Source: Candidatus Gastranaerophilales bacterium | GTDB lineage: Bacteria; Cyanobacteriota; Vampirovibrionia; Gastranaerophilales; Gastranaerophilaceae | Assembly (NCBI GenBank): GCA_947587615.1 | Contig: CANPYC010000005.1 | Span: forward strand, 12,853-76,852 | Direction of reading: 5' to 3' | DNA: 64,000 bases | Part shown: piece by piece, positions 26,752 through 39,006 of the stretch | Layout: each line of letters begins with the position of its first letter | How positions within the stretch are numbered: the first letter of the stretch is position 1 | Program-made: the position numbers and the translations under genes | Notes under the pieces: generated by a model | Seen by the model: the letters and a program-made list of their open reading frames with translations, nothing else | Database searches by the model: none | Told to the model about the DNA's origin: nothing

Positions 26752-28314
26752 ATGGAAAAATTCTATACAACAACTGCAATTGATTATGTTAACGGTGCTC
26801 CTCATATCGGGCATGCTTATGAAAAAATATTAACGGATGTCTTGTTCAGACATTTTTCAAAAAGAGCTGATTGCGCCTATATGTTAACAGGGACGGATGA
26901 ACACGGTATAAAAATTCAAAAAACTTCCGCTTCAATGAATATCAACCCTAAAGAATTTTGCGACATGAACGCTCAAAAATTCATTGACAGTTGGAAATTA
27001 CTTGATATAAATTATTCTCAATTCATTAGAACAACGGATGAAAAACATAAAAAAATTGTTCAAAAAATCTTTAAAAAGCTTTTAGATAAAGGTGATATTT
27101 ATAAGCATTCTTATACAGGGCTTTATTGTTCGGGCTGTGAAGCATTTTTATCAGAAAAAGACCTTGATGAAAACGGTTTTTGCCCTGTTCATAAAAAAAA
27201 GCCCGAAGTGGTATCTGAAGAAAACTACTTTTTTAAACTGACAAAATATAAAGAAGCAATAATTAAGCATATCAAACAAAACCCCGATTTTATCGTTCCT
27301 TCTTTTAGGGCAAACGAAGTATTAAATCAGCTTGAAAATATTGAAGATATATCCGTTTCAAGAGCCAAAACAAACGTATCATGGGGAATTGATGTTTTAG
27401 ACGACCCGACACAAGTTATCTATGTTTGGATTGACGCACTATCAAACTATATAACGGCAATCGGTTATGACCCTGATGGTTCATCTGATTTATTTAAAAA
27501 GCTTTGGAGTGCTGATGTACAGGTTATTGGAAAAGATATTTTAAAATTTCATAGTATTTATTGGATTGCAATTTTAATGGCGCTTGATTTGCCCTTGCCT
27601 AAGCATATTTTAGCACATGGCTGGATAACAATTGATGAAGCTAAAATGTCTAAGTCATTGGGTAATGTTATTTCACCAAAAAGCATTATGGAAGCTTTTA
27701 ATATGACTGAGCCCGATGCACTTCGCTACTATATGGCAACGGCAGCGCCTTGCGGAAAAGACGGGAACTATTCCGACAACGATTTTAAAGAAAAAGTTAA
27801 CGCCCATCTGGCAAATTCTATGGGAAATCTTTTAAACCGTACTCTTTCAATGCTTGTTAAATATTTTGATGGCGAAATTAAACAAGAATTTATCAAAAAA
27901 TCTCCTCTTTTTGATGAAGCTCTAAAGACAATTAAAGAAGTAGAACATCATTTTGATTATTTTGAAGTAGCAGAAGCTGCTCAAAAAATTACGGAGCTTG
28001 TTGATAAAGTTAATAAGTATGTAACGGACGCTGCTCCTTGGTCATTAGCTAAAGAAGGCAAGATGATTGAGTGCGGGGAAGTTTTATATACCGTATTAGA
28101 GCTTATGTGCGTAATTTCATCTTTAATTTATCCGTATTGCCCAAATATTGCAGGCAAGATGGCAAAACAGCTAAAGTATGATATTAATACAAAATATGAT
28201 GATATTAAGCTTGATAATATAAAAATCGGTAAATTAATTTCAAAAGAAGAAATTACACCCGTATTTTTAAGGCTTGATAGCGAATTAGCGGATAAGGCAA
28301 ACAAAGTAAAGTAG
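26752..28314 (+). CDS. metG: methionyl-tRNA synthetase (short form, no C-terminal tRNA-binding domain)
   Basis: HIGH-type motif APHIGHAYE, KMSKS motif and a Cys knuckle (CSGCE...CPVH). Confidence 0.95.
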   Translation: MEKFYTTTAIDYVNGAPHIGHAYEKILTDVLFRHFSKRADCAYMLTGTDEHGIKIQKTSASMNINPKEFCDMNAQKFIDSWKLLDINYSQFIRTTDEKHKKIVQKIFKKLLDKGDIYKHSYTGLYCSGCEAFLSEKDLDENGFCPVHKKKPEVVSEENYFFKLTKYKEAIIKHIKQNPDFIVPSFRANEVLNQLENIEDISVSRAKTNVSWGIDVLDDPTQVIYVWIDALSNYITAIGYDPDGSSDLFKKLWSADVQVIGKDILKFHSIYWIAILMALDLPLPKHILAHGWITIDEAKMSKSLGNVISPKSIMEAFNMTEPDALRYYMATAAPCGKDGNYSDNDFKEKVNAHLANSMGNLLNRTLSMLVKYFDGEIKQEFIKKSPLFDEALKTIKEVEHHFDYFEVAEAAQKITELVDKVNKYVTDAAPWSLAKEGKMIECGEVLYTVLELMCVISSLIYPYCPNIAGKMAKQLKYDINTKYDDIKLDNIKIGKLISKEEITPVFLRLDSELADKANKVK

Positions 28315-28350
28315 AATAAAGTTAGAAAAAAGTAAGAAAACAGAGTAAAG

Positions 28351-28974
28351 TTAATTTGGCTTTTTTCTTCTTTTTTCAATTTCTTGAAGCAATATTTTTT
28401 TAAACAGTTTTGCAGGAAAATAATCATCAACCATATTCAATGTACGGTTAATTGAATCAAGGGAATTTCCTAAATCTCCAAGCAAATACTGACATTGAGC
28501 CAAAATCAAAAGGGCTTCGGGGTCGCAGTAAAATATTTGCAAACTTTTTTTGCAAAATTTAGCTGCTAAGTCAAAATATCCGTTTGCAAATAATGCTCTT
28601 GCAATAAATTTATAGCTTTCAGGGTTTGCAGTATAAAAAAAATCGCAACAGCTAACCATATTTTGAGCCCACTCAATTAAATTATTTTCCAAAAAAAGAT
28701 TCAGATAAACTTCTAAAAAAGCTCTTGTTTGAAAAAAAGTGGTTTTAGTATCAAGTTTTAAATTTATAAGTTTTAAAACCGCAAGTCCCCAGCTACAGCC
28801 AAGACACCCTTTTTTATTCTTATCCCAATATTTTTTTGCATTAGCTTCATCTTTTAAAAGCAAGCAACAAAGCCCTGCTTCATAATAATTATCTTTTTTG
28901 ATAAAAATTTCAAGGGCTTTATTGTATTCTTTATTGTAAAAATATTCTTTAGCTTGTTTCAAAAACTCAGTCAT
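28351..28974 (-). CDS. TPR-like repeat protein
   Basis: 207-aa helical repeat ORF that overlaps the csrA stop by 8 nt. Confidence 0.6.
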   Translation of the reverse strand: MTEFLKQAKEYFYNKEYNKALEIFIKKDNYYEAGLCCLLLKDEANAKKYWDKNKKGCLGCSWGLAVLKLINLKLDTKTTFFQTRAFLEVYLNLFLENNLIEWAQNMVSCCDFFYTANPESYKFIARALFANGYFDLAAKFCKKSLQIFYCDPEALLILAQCQYLLGDLGNSLDSINRTLNMVDDYFPAKLFKKILLQEIEKRRKKPN

Positions 28975-29236
28975 GACGTTGAATTTTCTGCATAAGATTA
29001 AAATTGGTGCTGGCTTGTTGTTTACCCTTAAGTTTGTTTACGGCAGCTACATCAATAAAATGTGCCTGATTGTTGGATTTTTTAATTTCGTTATATATTT
29101 CTTCTCTGTATATTTGAACATCACTTGGAGCATTTACACCAATTTTAACAGAATTTTTATAGCTTTCCAAAATAACAATTTCAATATTGTCATTTATTAT
29201 TAATTTTTGATTTACTTTTCTTGTTAAAATCAGCAT
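28967..29236 (-). CDS. csrA: carbon storage regulator CsrA with an extended C-terminus
   Basis: MLILTRKVNQKLIINDNIEIVILE...VKIGVNAP...IYREEIY. SD AAGGAAG is present. The start lies 2 nt after the fliW stop. Confidence 0.9.
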   Translation of the reverse strand: MLILTRKVNQKLIINDNIEIVILESYKNSVKIGVNAPSDVQIYREEIYNEIKKSNNQAHFIDVAAVNKLKGKQQASTNFNLMQKIQRHD

Positions 29237-29237
29237 T

Positions 29238-29726
29238 CTATTCTTCCTTTTTGTTCTCTTCAAAAAGCTTGTATCTTATTTGAAAATCAGTGTTTTTCAA
29301 GACGATTTGCATTGCTTTTTTATTGGATAGGTTAATAACAATCGGAGCAAGCATATTTATAGTTGCGCCCTGCGGGTTTGAGGAAGGAATATTTGCAATA
29401 TTGCAAACAAAAACATCATCAGCCGATTCTATTCCAAGTTTTTGAGCTTCTTCATCAGGAATATTGAATTGATAATCAATTCCAAAAAAACTGCAAAGAG
29501 TAACAGGAAAAGCTAAATCCATATCTTCCATTGATTGAAGCCATTTAAAAGGCGAATCAGGTTTATAGTCAATAATTGTATACTCTTTTAAGTCGTTAAA
29601 CCCGATTATCGGCAATACAAAAGTAAAAACCGAATTTTTGTCCACCGTTACTTCACCAAATTTTGTGGTATTAATTTTTATTGTATTATTTTCTTCTGTT
29701 TTTTCCTGAGTCATCTTACAGTCCAT
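29238..29726 (-). CDS. fliW: flagellar assembly factor FliW
   Basis: FliW core (INTTKFGEVTVDKNSVFTFVLPIIGF...FKWLQS). An alternative start lies at 29714. Confidence 0.85.
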   Translation of the reverse strand: MDCKMTQEKTEENNTIKINTTKFGEVTVDKNSVFTFVLPIIGFNDLKEYTIIDYKPDSPFKWLQSMEDMDLAFPVTLCSFFGIDYQFNIPDEEAQKLGIESADDVFVCNIANIPSSNPQGATINMLAPIVINLSNKKAMQIVLKNTDFQIRYKLFEENKKEE

Positions 29727-30597
29727 AGTTCAAAAAATTATCCTGTTGCAACATCTGATTATATAAATATGCTTTTGCAATATCGGTATTAGCGCTCATT
29801 ATTGCAGGGTTTAGCAGCATATTATTCAAATTATAAGGAGAAATTTGACCTGCATTTGCCAAACTGTATTGCAATTGATTTTGTAGTACATTACCGCCAA
29901 TTCCTGCTCTTGAGAGAACATCAAGAGCTTTTGATATTTCTTCGCTTGTTGGAATTGAAGCTGAATCATCCAAATTTCCATCTTCATCCAAGTTTTCCTG
30001 TTCGCCTTCGGAATTTTGGTCTTGTGGTTTGCTTAAATCCATGTTCATATTGCCTTGCATTTTATCAAGTTGTTTTTGATACATATACAAATCTTGCTGC
30101 ATTTTGCGCTCTGCTCTCTCACGTGTAATTTGATCCATTGCGGAAGGATGAATTTGTTTACCTGAGCGAATAAATTCGGTAATATCATCAACTTCTTCAG
30201 GCTTATTACTCTTTTTCTGAGGTTTACAACCATTAGCGTCGGGAGATTCAAGACAATTCAGCGCCTTATTTGAATAATAAGTAAGAGCTAAGTTATCTTT
30301 TTTGTGTGCAATTTCTTTATAAAGCGATTGCGCTTCTTCTCTGTATCCTAATCTTGTATAACATAATGCCAGATAGTATTTTGCGTATGTATTATTTTTA
30401 TCTTTTTTTACCAATTCTTCCAAATCAAGCATAGCACCAAGATAATTGCCTGATTTATATTTAACTATTATTGGTTTTAAGGCAGGGGAAACATTTGGAG
30501 CTTTGGGAACTATATTATAATCAGCGAATGCCAAATTTGTACCAAGTGCCCCAAAAAGCATAAAACAGGTAAAAAATAATGAAAGTGATTTATTCAT
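29716..30597 (-). CDS. secreted TPR-repeat protein
   Basis: Signal-peptide-like N-terminus followed by TPR-like repeats (YAKYYLALCYTRLGYREEA). Confidence 0.65.
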   Translation of the reverse strand: MNKSLSLFFTCFMLFGALGTNLAFADYNIVPKAPNVSPALKPIIVKYKSGNYLGAMLDLEELVKKDKNNTYAKYYLALCYTRLGYREEAQSLYKEIAHKKDNLALTYYSNKALNCLESPDANGCKPQKKSNKPEEVDDITEFIRSGKQIHPSAMDQITRERAERKMQQDLYMYQKQLDKMQGNMNMDLSKPQDQNSEGEQENLDEDGNLDDSASIPTSEEISKALDVLSRAGIGGNVLQNQLQYSLANAGQISPYNLNNMLLNPAIMSANTDIAKAYLYNQMLQQDNFLNYGL

Positions 30598-30772
30598 ACT
30601 AAGTATATCCTCTGAATTATATTTTATCTTTAATCAAATATAACAATATATTTTAATTATATCGCAATAATATGAATAGGATTGAAAAAAAATTAATTTT
30701 TTCATATAAACAGTTGAAAAAGTTATCAAGAAATATAGCAAATGGACTATATTTAATATATAATCATAAATA

Positions 30773-30988
30773 ATGAAAATTAAAATTAAAGAAACAGCAA
30801 AACAAAAAAAGAACTTTAGTCTTTACAAATTGGCGCAGGAGCTAAATCTTCCGCAACAGACCGTTTATTCCTGGGCGAAAGGCAGAACTCAGCCTTCTTA
30901 TCTTAATTTAGACAGAATTTGCGATATACTTGAATGTAAAATAGAAGATATTTTAGAAGCCGAACCGGTACAAAGCAAACTTTTTTAA
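30773..30988 (+). CDS. XRE-family helix-turn-helix protein (71 aa)
   Basis: HTH segment SLYKLAQELNLPQQTVYSWAKG. Confidence 0.75.
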   Translation: MKIKIKETAKQKKNFSLYKLAQELNLPQQTVYSWAKGRTQPSYLNLDRICDILECKIEDILEAEPVQSKLF

Positions 30989-30994
30989 ATACTG

Positions 30995-31036
30995 AAAAAT
31001 TTTCGCTTTGAATATTTGAAATACTCAAAGCGAAAA
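30995..31036 (-). terminator. intrinsic terminator of gyrB
   Basis: TTTTCGCTTTGA/TCAAAGCGAAAA 12-bp stem, followed on the minus strand by TTTTT. Confidence 0.7.
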
Positions 31037-31064
31037 AATAACATATAATTTAAAAATCGCTAAG

Positions 31065-33596
<2,532 letters not shown>

Positions 33597-34343
33597 TTAT
33601 TTTAAATATGATTTCCCGTCCACTAAATATCTGTAAGAATACCATTCAAGGTCGTCACAAAGCGGTGTTAGAGGAATTTTACATCTGTACTTTACTTTTA
33701 GCGCCGTTGAAATAAAATGGTCGCACAAATGCGGGTTTTGCGCCAAAAGCGCTCCTTGAATATGTGTTCCGATTACGTTACTGAACTTTGCACCTTCTGT
33801 TTTGTCGTTGTCGTTATTTCCCTGACCTTTTTGCAAATTTAAAAAAGGCATGGGGTTTGAATCATAGTAAGAAAAAATATTATAGTTAACAAACCCTGCA
33901 ACTTTGTTTTTTAAAAAGCTGCAACTGCCAAGGATATTACCACAGTGAAGATTGCTGCTTACTCTTGAGTGGATATCAAAAATCCCAAGCCCTTGAGCTT
34001 GAGCTTTATCGAGTAATTGATAATAATTTCCAAAAAGCTGATATCCGCAATTAACAGCAAGCATGGGAACACCCGAGATTGCGGCAATTTTTAGCTCATC
34101 ATCATTCTGCTTTAAAAATTTTAGCGCATAGTCTAAAGAATCGGGATTATTTCCCCCGATATAATAAAAATCATATTTTGAAGATTGAACTTTGTCATTA
34201 GCCTGAATTAAAGTGACGGATGTTTCAATGTCTCTCCAATTGGCTCTTTTGCAAAACGCATTTACATTTGCTTCATCGCAAAAGCTTTGCAGGATATCAG
34301 GATATAAATATGCAATTTTTAATTTAAGAGGATTTGTTGACAT
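33597..34343 (-). CDS. gatD: CobQ/GatD-type glutamine amidotransferase (lipid II isoglutaminyl synthase GatD-like)
   Basis: Colinear with my recollection of S. aureus GatD (YIGG, CGYQLFG, GQGNNDNDKTEG, GTHIQGALLAQNPHL). Confidence 0.6.
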   Translation of the reverse strand: MSTNPLKLKIAYLYPDILQSFCDEANVNAFCKRANWRDIETSVTLIQANDKVQSSKYDFYYIGGNNPDSLDYALKFLKQNDDELKIAAISGVPMLAVNCGYQLFGNYYQLLDKAQAQGLGIFDIHSRVSSNLHCGNILGSCSFLKNKVAGFVNYNIFSYYDSNPMPFLNLQKGQGNNDNDKTEGAKFSNVIGTHIQGALLAQNPHLCDHFISTALKVKYRCKIPLTPLCDDLEWYSYRYLVDGKSYLK

Positions 34344-36031
34344 TTTTCAATTGCTTCATTTGGTGTCAGCTTAATCATTTGTCCGTCTTTTCTTGTTTTA
34401 AATTCAACAAGACCTTCTGATATTGTTTTTCCAACGGTTATTCTTATCGGGAAGCCGATAAGCTCGGAGTCTTTAAATTTAACCCCTGCTCTATCATACC
34501 TATCATCAATAACCGTTTCAATTCCAAGAGCACAGAGTTTTTCATAAAGCTCATAAGCAACTTTTGATTGTTCAGGGTCTTCTATATTAACGGGTACAAT
34601 ATCAACGTGGTATGGTGCAATTTGAATTGGCCAGATAATACCAAAATCGTCATGGTATTTTTCAACTGCTGCTGCCATTGTTCTTGAAACGCCAATTCCG
34701 TAGCAGCCCATAATATAAGGCTTTAATTGTCCGTTTTCATCTGTATAGCAAGCGTTCATCGGTTTAGAATATTTTGTTCCAAGCTGGAAGATATTACCAA
34801 CTTCAATACCCCTTGTAACTTTTAAAGGTTTATGGCATACGGGGCAAAATTCGCCTTCTTTAACAAGTGAAACATCGAAAAATTCTATATTGCTTTCTAA
34901 ATTAGCTCCTACAATATGTTTATCTTTAATATTTGCTCCTAAGACAAAATTTTTCATATTCTGAGCGGTCTTATCAAAAATAACTCTCACTTTTGATTTA
35001 TCAACGTTTCTATAAGAAATAAAACCTGCTTCAGAGTTTAGGTATTCTCTTACTTCCGAGTTTTCCATCGGTCTTATCTCAAGTGCATTAAGCGCATTTA
35101 AAAGTTTTGTTTCTTCAACTTCTTTATCCCCTCTTATCATAACAATTACGGGGTTGGAGTCGGCAATATAAGCCACTGCTTTTAAAATACAATTTGGGTT
35201 AATTTTTAGAAATTCGGCAAGCTCTTCAATTGTTTTTACATTTGGAGTATCAACAATTTTTTCTTCGCTGTAGCCGTAATCTGCTCCATTTGTCGCTTCA
35301 AGGGGTAAAATTGAAATTGCATGGTTAGAGTTTGCGCTATAATCGCAATTTTCGCAATAGAATACATCGTTTTCGCCTACCATTGTGTCGGTTAAAACCA
35401 TGTATTCATGAGATACGGCTCCTCCTATTGCACCTGAATCAGATTGAACTGCTTTAGTTTCCAAGCCGCAGCGTTTAAAAATTGTGCTGTAAGCTTTTGC
35501 CATTACTTCATATTCACGCTCTAAATCTTCTTGAGAAGTATGGAAAGAGTATGCGTCTTTCATGATAAATTCTCTACCTCTTAAAAGACCGAAACGAGGG
35601 CGAATTTCATCTCTGAATTTTGTTTGAATTTGATAAAGATTAATCGGAAGCTGTTTATAAGAATTAACAACTTCGCTTACCACGCTTGTTATAACTTCTT
35701 CATGGGTTGGAGCTAAGCACATATCGTTATCGTGTCTATCTTTACATCTTAAAAGCTCCCTGCCATATACCTGCCATCTGCCCGATTTTTGCCAAACTTC
35801 AGCAGGCTGTACAAAAGGCATTAGAAGCTCTTGAGCTCCCGTTGCGTTTAATTCTTCTCTTACAATATTTGAAATTTTTGTCAAAACCCTTTGAGCTAAA
35901 GGCATATAAGTATAAATTCCGTTTGTTAATTTTTTAATAAAGCCCGCTCTAACTAAGAGTTTATGAGAAATTGCTTCAGCGTCATTCGGAAATTCTCTTA
36001 GGGTCTGCACAAAAAGCTTTGACATTTTCAT
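34319..36031 (-). CDS. proS: prolyl-tRNA synthetase (bacterial type with INS editing domain)
   Basis: 570-aa ORF with class II aaRS motifs (FRDEIRPRFGLLRGREF, GCYGIGVSR). Confidence 0.95.
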   Translation of the reverse strand: MKMSKLFVQTLREFPNDAEAISHKLLVRAGFIKKLTNGIYTYMPLAQRVLTKISNIVREELNATGAQELLMPFVQPAEVWQKSGRWQVYGRELLRCKDRHDNDMCLAPTHEEVITSVVSEVVNSYKQLPINLYQIQTKFRDEIRPRFGLLRGREFIMKDAYSFHTSQEDLEREYEVMAKAYSTIFKRCGLETKAVQSDSGAIGGAVSHEYMVLTDTMVGENDVFYCENCDYSANSNHAISILPLEATNGADYGYSEEKIVDTPNVKTIEELAEFLKINPNCILKAVAYIADSNPVIVMIRGDKEVEETKLLNALNALEIRPMENSEVREYLNSEAGFISYRNVDKSKVRVIFDKTAQNMKNFVLGANIKDKHIVGANLESNIEFFDVSLVKEGEFCPVCHKPLKVTRGIEVGNIFQLGTKYSKPMNACYTDENGQLKPYIMGCYGIGVSRTMAAAVEKYHDDFGIIWPIQIAPYHVDIVPVNIEDPEQSKVAYELYEKLCALGIETVIDDRYDRAGVKFKDSELIGFPIRITVGKTISEGLVEFKTRKDGQMIKLTPNEAIEKCQQILLN

Positions 36032-36146
36032 GGTAATCTTTTTCTCCTTAAATAATATAATTTATTTTAGTTCAAAAGCTTTATAAAATAAAATAAATTT
36101 TTAAAAAATATTTGCACTAAAGAAAAAAAATATATAAGATAGAGTT

Positions 36147-37550
36147 ATGGATATTAGTAATTTTATAAGTTTGAGTGCAATATTTTTACCTTTTATTTTT
36201 TCATTGTTTCTTTTTATAAAAAGAATGACGCTTTCTTACGTTAATAAAAAGCTTTTAAACTCGGGCTTAAGTGTTGTATGTTCAATATCTTTATTATTGT
36301 TTATTGTTCTATCTTTATCGGCTGAACAAACAAAAATCAGCGAAGAGTTTTCGTTATTTAATTTAAATAAAATCAATCTTAATTTCGGATATTATATTGA
36401 TAGTACAAATATTAAATTTTTAATTTTATCAAGTTTAATTTTTTTACTTTGCTCAATATTTTCAAAATATTACTTTAAAAAAAAGAAACAATTTATCTTT
36501 ACAAAACAAAGATATTACACGTTTTTTTCATTATTAATTTTTAATACTTATCTTTTAATTTGCTCGGATAATTTGTTTTCGGTTTTAATTTTTTGCATAC
36601 TTCAAAGTGTAATTGTGTTTATATTTTCATACTTTGATATATTTAAAAATAATGCAAATTTTAACATTACAAGATTTCACAGAATTAATATAGCCGGCGA
36701 TTTTTCTTTTTTGCTTGCGTGTTTGGTTCTGTTTAAATATTTTCTTTTGTCAAAGTCTGATGGTGTTAACTTAACAATGAATATTGACAACATCAGCCCT
36801 TTAATAAAATATTGCTCTCAAACAAGCGGATTAGACTTTCAAATTGTTACAGGCGCACTTCTGGCTACAATATTTTCAAAGTTATTTGTTTTTCCTTTTA
36901 ATTGCTATTTTAGTTTTTTTGCAAATTCTTCAAATATGCTCTATTTAACTCTTGTAGGAGTTTTAAATTTTTCAGGCGGAGTATATCTTTTTGATAAATT
37001 TATCTTTCTTGCAAATTTAAATAAAGAATTTTTTGTGATTGCTTTAATTTTTGCAGTTGTTACACTAATAAGCTCGTTAATATTTTTATTATTTGAAAAG
37101 AATTTTAAAATTATATTCGGATATTTATTCGCAGCGCTTAATTCAATATTTATAATATTTTATCTTTGTTTTAGATTTGATTTAACTTTATATATTTACT
37201 TTGCTTTAGTTCTTTTATTCTTGTCGGTTTTAGCTTATTTATTCTATATTGATAAAACTTCTCTTGATAAAAGAATAATTAACAAGAAAAAAGGATTTAT
37301 ACTTGAGAGTGCTCATATAGCGGTTTTTGAAACTTTCCCAAACTTAATATATCAAATAATAAATATAGTTGATGAAAAGATTATTCAAAACATTTTCGGC
37401 TTTGTTGTCGCACTGTTTAACTTTATCATATCCTTTATAATGGTTAAAACTTCAAGAACGGGAATTTTTAAATGTATCAGAAATATTTTAATATTTATCG
37501 CATTTTTTGTAATAATTGCAATTTTATGCGTGTTATACAGGGGGATATAG
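36147..37550 (+). CDS. divergent NuoL/M/N-MrpA/D-family (proton antiporter module) membrane protein, paralog 1
   Basis: 467-aa polytopic ORF. FSKLFVFPFNCYF matches the K-x-x-x-PFH-x-W-L-P layout of the family, with His changed to Asn. Confidence 0.55.
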   Translation: MDISNFISLSAIFLPFIFSLFLFIKRMTLSYVNKKLLNSGLSVVCSISLLLFIVLSLSAEQTKISEEFSLFNLNKINLNFGYYIDSTNIKFLILSSLIFLLCSIFSKYYFKKKKQFIFTKQRYYTFFSLLIFNTYLLICSDNLFSVLIFCILQSVIVFIFSYFDIFKNNANFNITRFHRINIAGDFSFLLACLVLFKYFLLSKSDGVNLTMNIDNISPLIKYCSQTSGLDFQIVTGALLATIFSKLFVFPFNCYFSFFANSSNMLYLTLVGVLNFSGGVYLFDKFIFLANLNKEFFVIALIFAVVTLISSLIFLLFEKNFKIIFGYLFAALNSIFIIFYLCFRFDLTLYIYFALVLLFLSVLAYLFYIDKTSLDKRIINKKKGFILESAHIAVFETFPNLIYQIINIVDEKIIQNIFGFVVALFNFIISFIMVKTSRTGIFKCIRNILIFIAFFVIIAILCVLYRGI

Positions 37551-38996
37551 ATGCTAAATAGTAACTTACCGTTTTGTTTGTTTATGATATTCCCTTTTAT
37601 ATTTGCTCTTGTGCTTTTTATTATCGGGAGTACGGTTAATCCTATTAAAACAAGGTTTTTTGCTAAAATTTTCTTTTTTATACATTTTTTATTTGCCGCA
37701 GCACTTTTGCTTTGTTATGATTTTGCAAATTTTTCAATTTATGAACTCAGCTTTAGATTTGATAAGACAGCTTTAATTTTAATCTTTTTGGGCAGTTTTA
37801 TATATCTTGCTTGGATATTTATATCAAAAACTTTAATTACAAAGCTGCATAAACTTTTTTATTCAACTCTGGCGCTAAGTGCCGGTTTGTTGGACATAAT
37901 TTTATCAGGCGATAATATTTTTTGTTTTTTGATTGCACTTTTTTGGTTTTTAGCACTCAATTATTTTTTAGCAAACAATTATTCTTACAGAAAAAAAAGA
38001 AAAATATTAAACATTCAGTTTGCAATTGAATGTTTGGTGCTTTTATTTTCCTTGTTTTTAATCGGGTATAATTTTATGAGATACTTTTTAATTAACGATA
38101 TCGAGTTTCGTTTTTCTCAAGTATCAAGGTATCTTTATCATATCAACGACTTTTATATAATGCTTGGATTTTTAGGGTTTTTAATTATTCCTTTTAAGAT
38201 GTTAAACTTTTTTCCTTTCAATTCAAAGGCAAATATTCAACTTAGCTCTTGTTCTCCTTTTATTGTTTGTTTTGATGTAATTACATCAACAATTATAGGC
38301 GGGTTTTTATTTATTCGCTTATATGGCGCATTTGATTATTTGATATATCAATATCAGGACTATATTTCCCTTTATTTAATTTTAAATTTTATCTATTTTG
38401 TAATTTTAACTTACAACAGACAAAATATAATGAAATTTACAATTAACGCTCTTTGCGTATCGTTAACAATAGCTATGTTCTCGATTTTCAGTTTTGAAAA
38501 AATCGGCTTAGCTTCTTTTATCTTCGCCTTAATTGCGATAATAACTTCTTATAGCTTTTTGGCGCTTATTTTTTGTATACTTTACGACAAATTTAAAACG
38601 CTTGAAGTATCGGAATTTAAAAAGATTAAAAGCAGGGTATTTAAATTTTTTATTGCAACATCAATATTAAACATTTCTTCAACTCCTTTTCTTGTAATGT
38701 TTAGCTCGGTATTAATAAGCTATATGGTTATTTTTTCAATTAATTATGATTCTTTAATTTTGAATAAAATTCCTTATTTTTTAATTTTCGGAAGCTTTAT
38801 TTTAACTCTTAACGGTTTTGATATTTTGAATAAAATTTTAATCATGCCAAAGCAAATTGCTAAAAACTCCTCTGCTTTAGCTAATCATCAGGTTATTGTT
38901 TTTAGCGTTTTTGTATTTTTGATTTTTATTTTATCAATTTCAATGCAATATGTTTTTGAACAATTCGGAATAAATTTAAACATCGGTAATTTTTAA
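37551..38996 (+). CDS. divergent NuoL/M/N-MrpA/D-family membrane protein, paralog 2
   Basis: 481-aa polytopic ORF that starts directly after the paralog 1 stop. Carries the PFKMLNFFPFNS motif. Confidence 0.5.
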   Translation: MLNSNLPFCLFMIFPFIFALVLFIIGSTVNPIKTRFFAKIFFFIHFLFAAALLLCYDFANFSIYELSFRFDKTALILIFLGSFIYLAWIFISKTLITKLHKLFYSTLALSAGLLDIILSGDNIFCFLIALFWFLALNYFLANNYSYRKKRKILNIQFAIECLVLLFSLFLIGYNFMRYFLINDIEFRFSQVSRYLYHINDFYIMLGFLGFLIIPFKMLNFFPFNSKANIQLSSCSPFIVCFDVITSTIIGGFLFIRLYGAFDYLIYQYQDYISLYLILNFIYFVILTYNRQNIMKFTINALCVSLTIAMFSIFSFEKIGLASFIFALIAIITSYSFLALIFCILYDKFKTLEVSEFKKIKSRVFKFFIATSILNISSTPFLVMFSSVLISYMVIFSINYDSLILNKIPYFLIFGSFILTLNGFDILNKILIMPKQIAKNSSALANHQVIVFSVFVFLIFILSISMQYVFEQFGINLNIGNF

Positions 38997-39006
38997 ACAA
39001 GGATAA

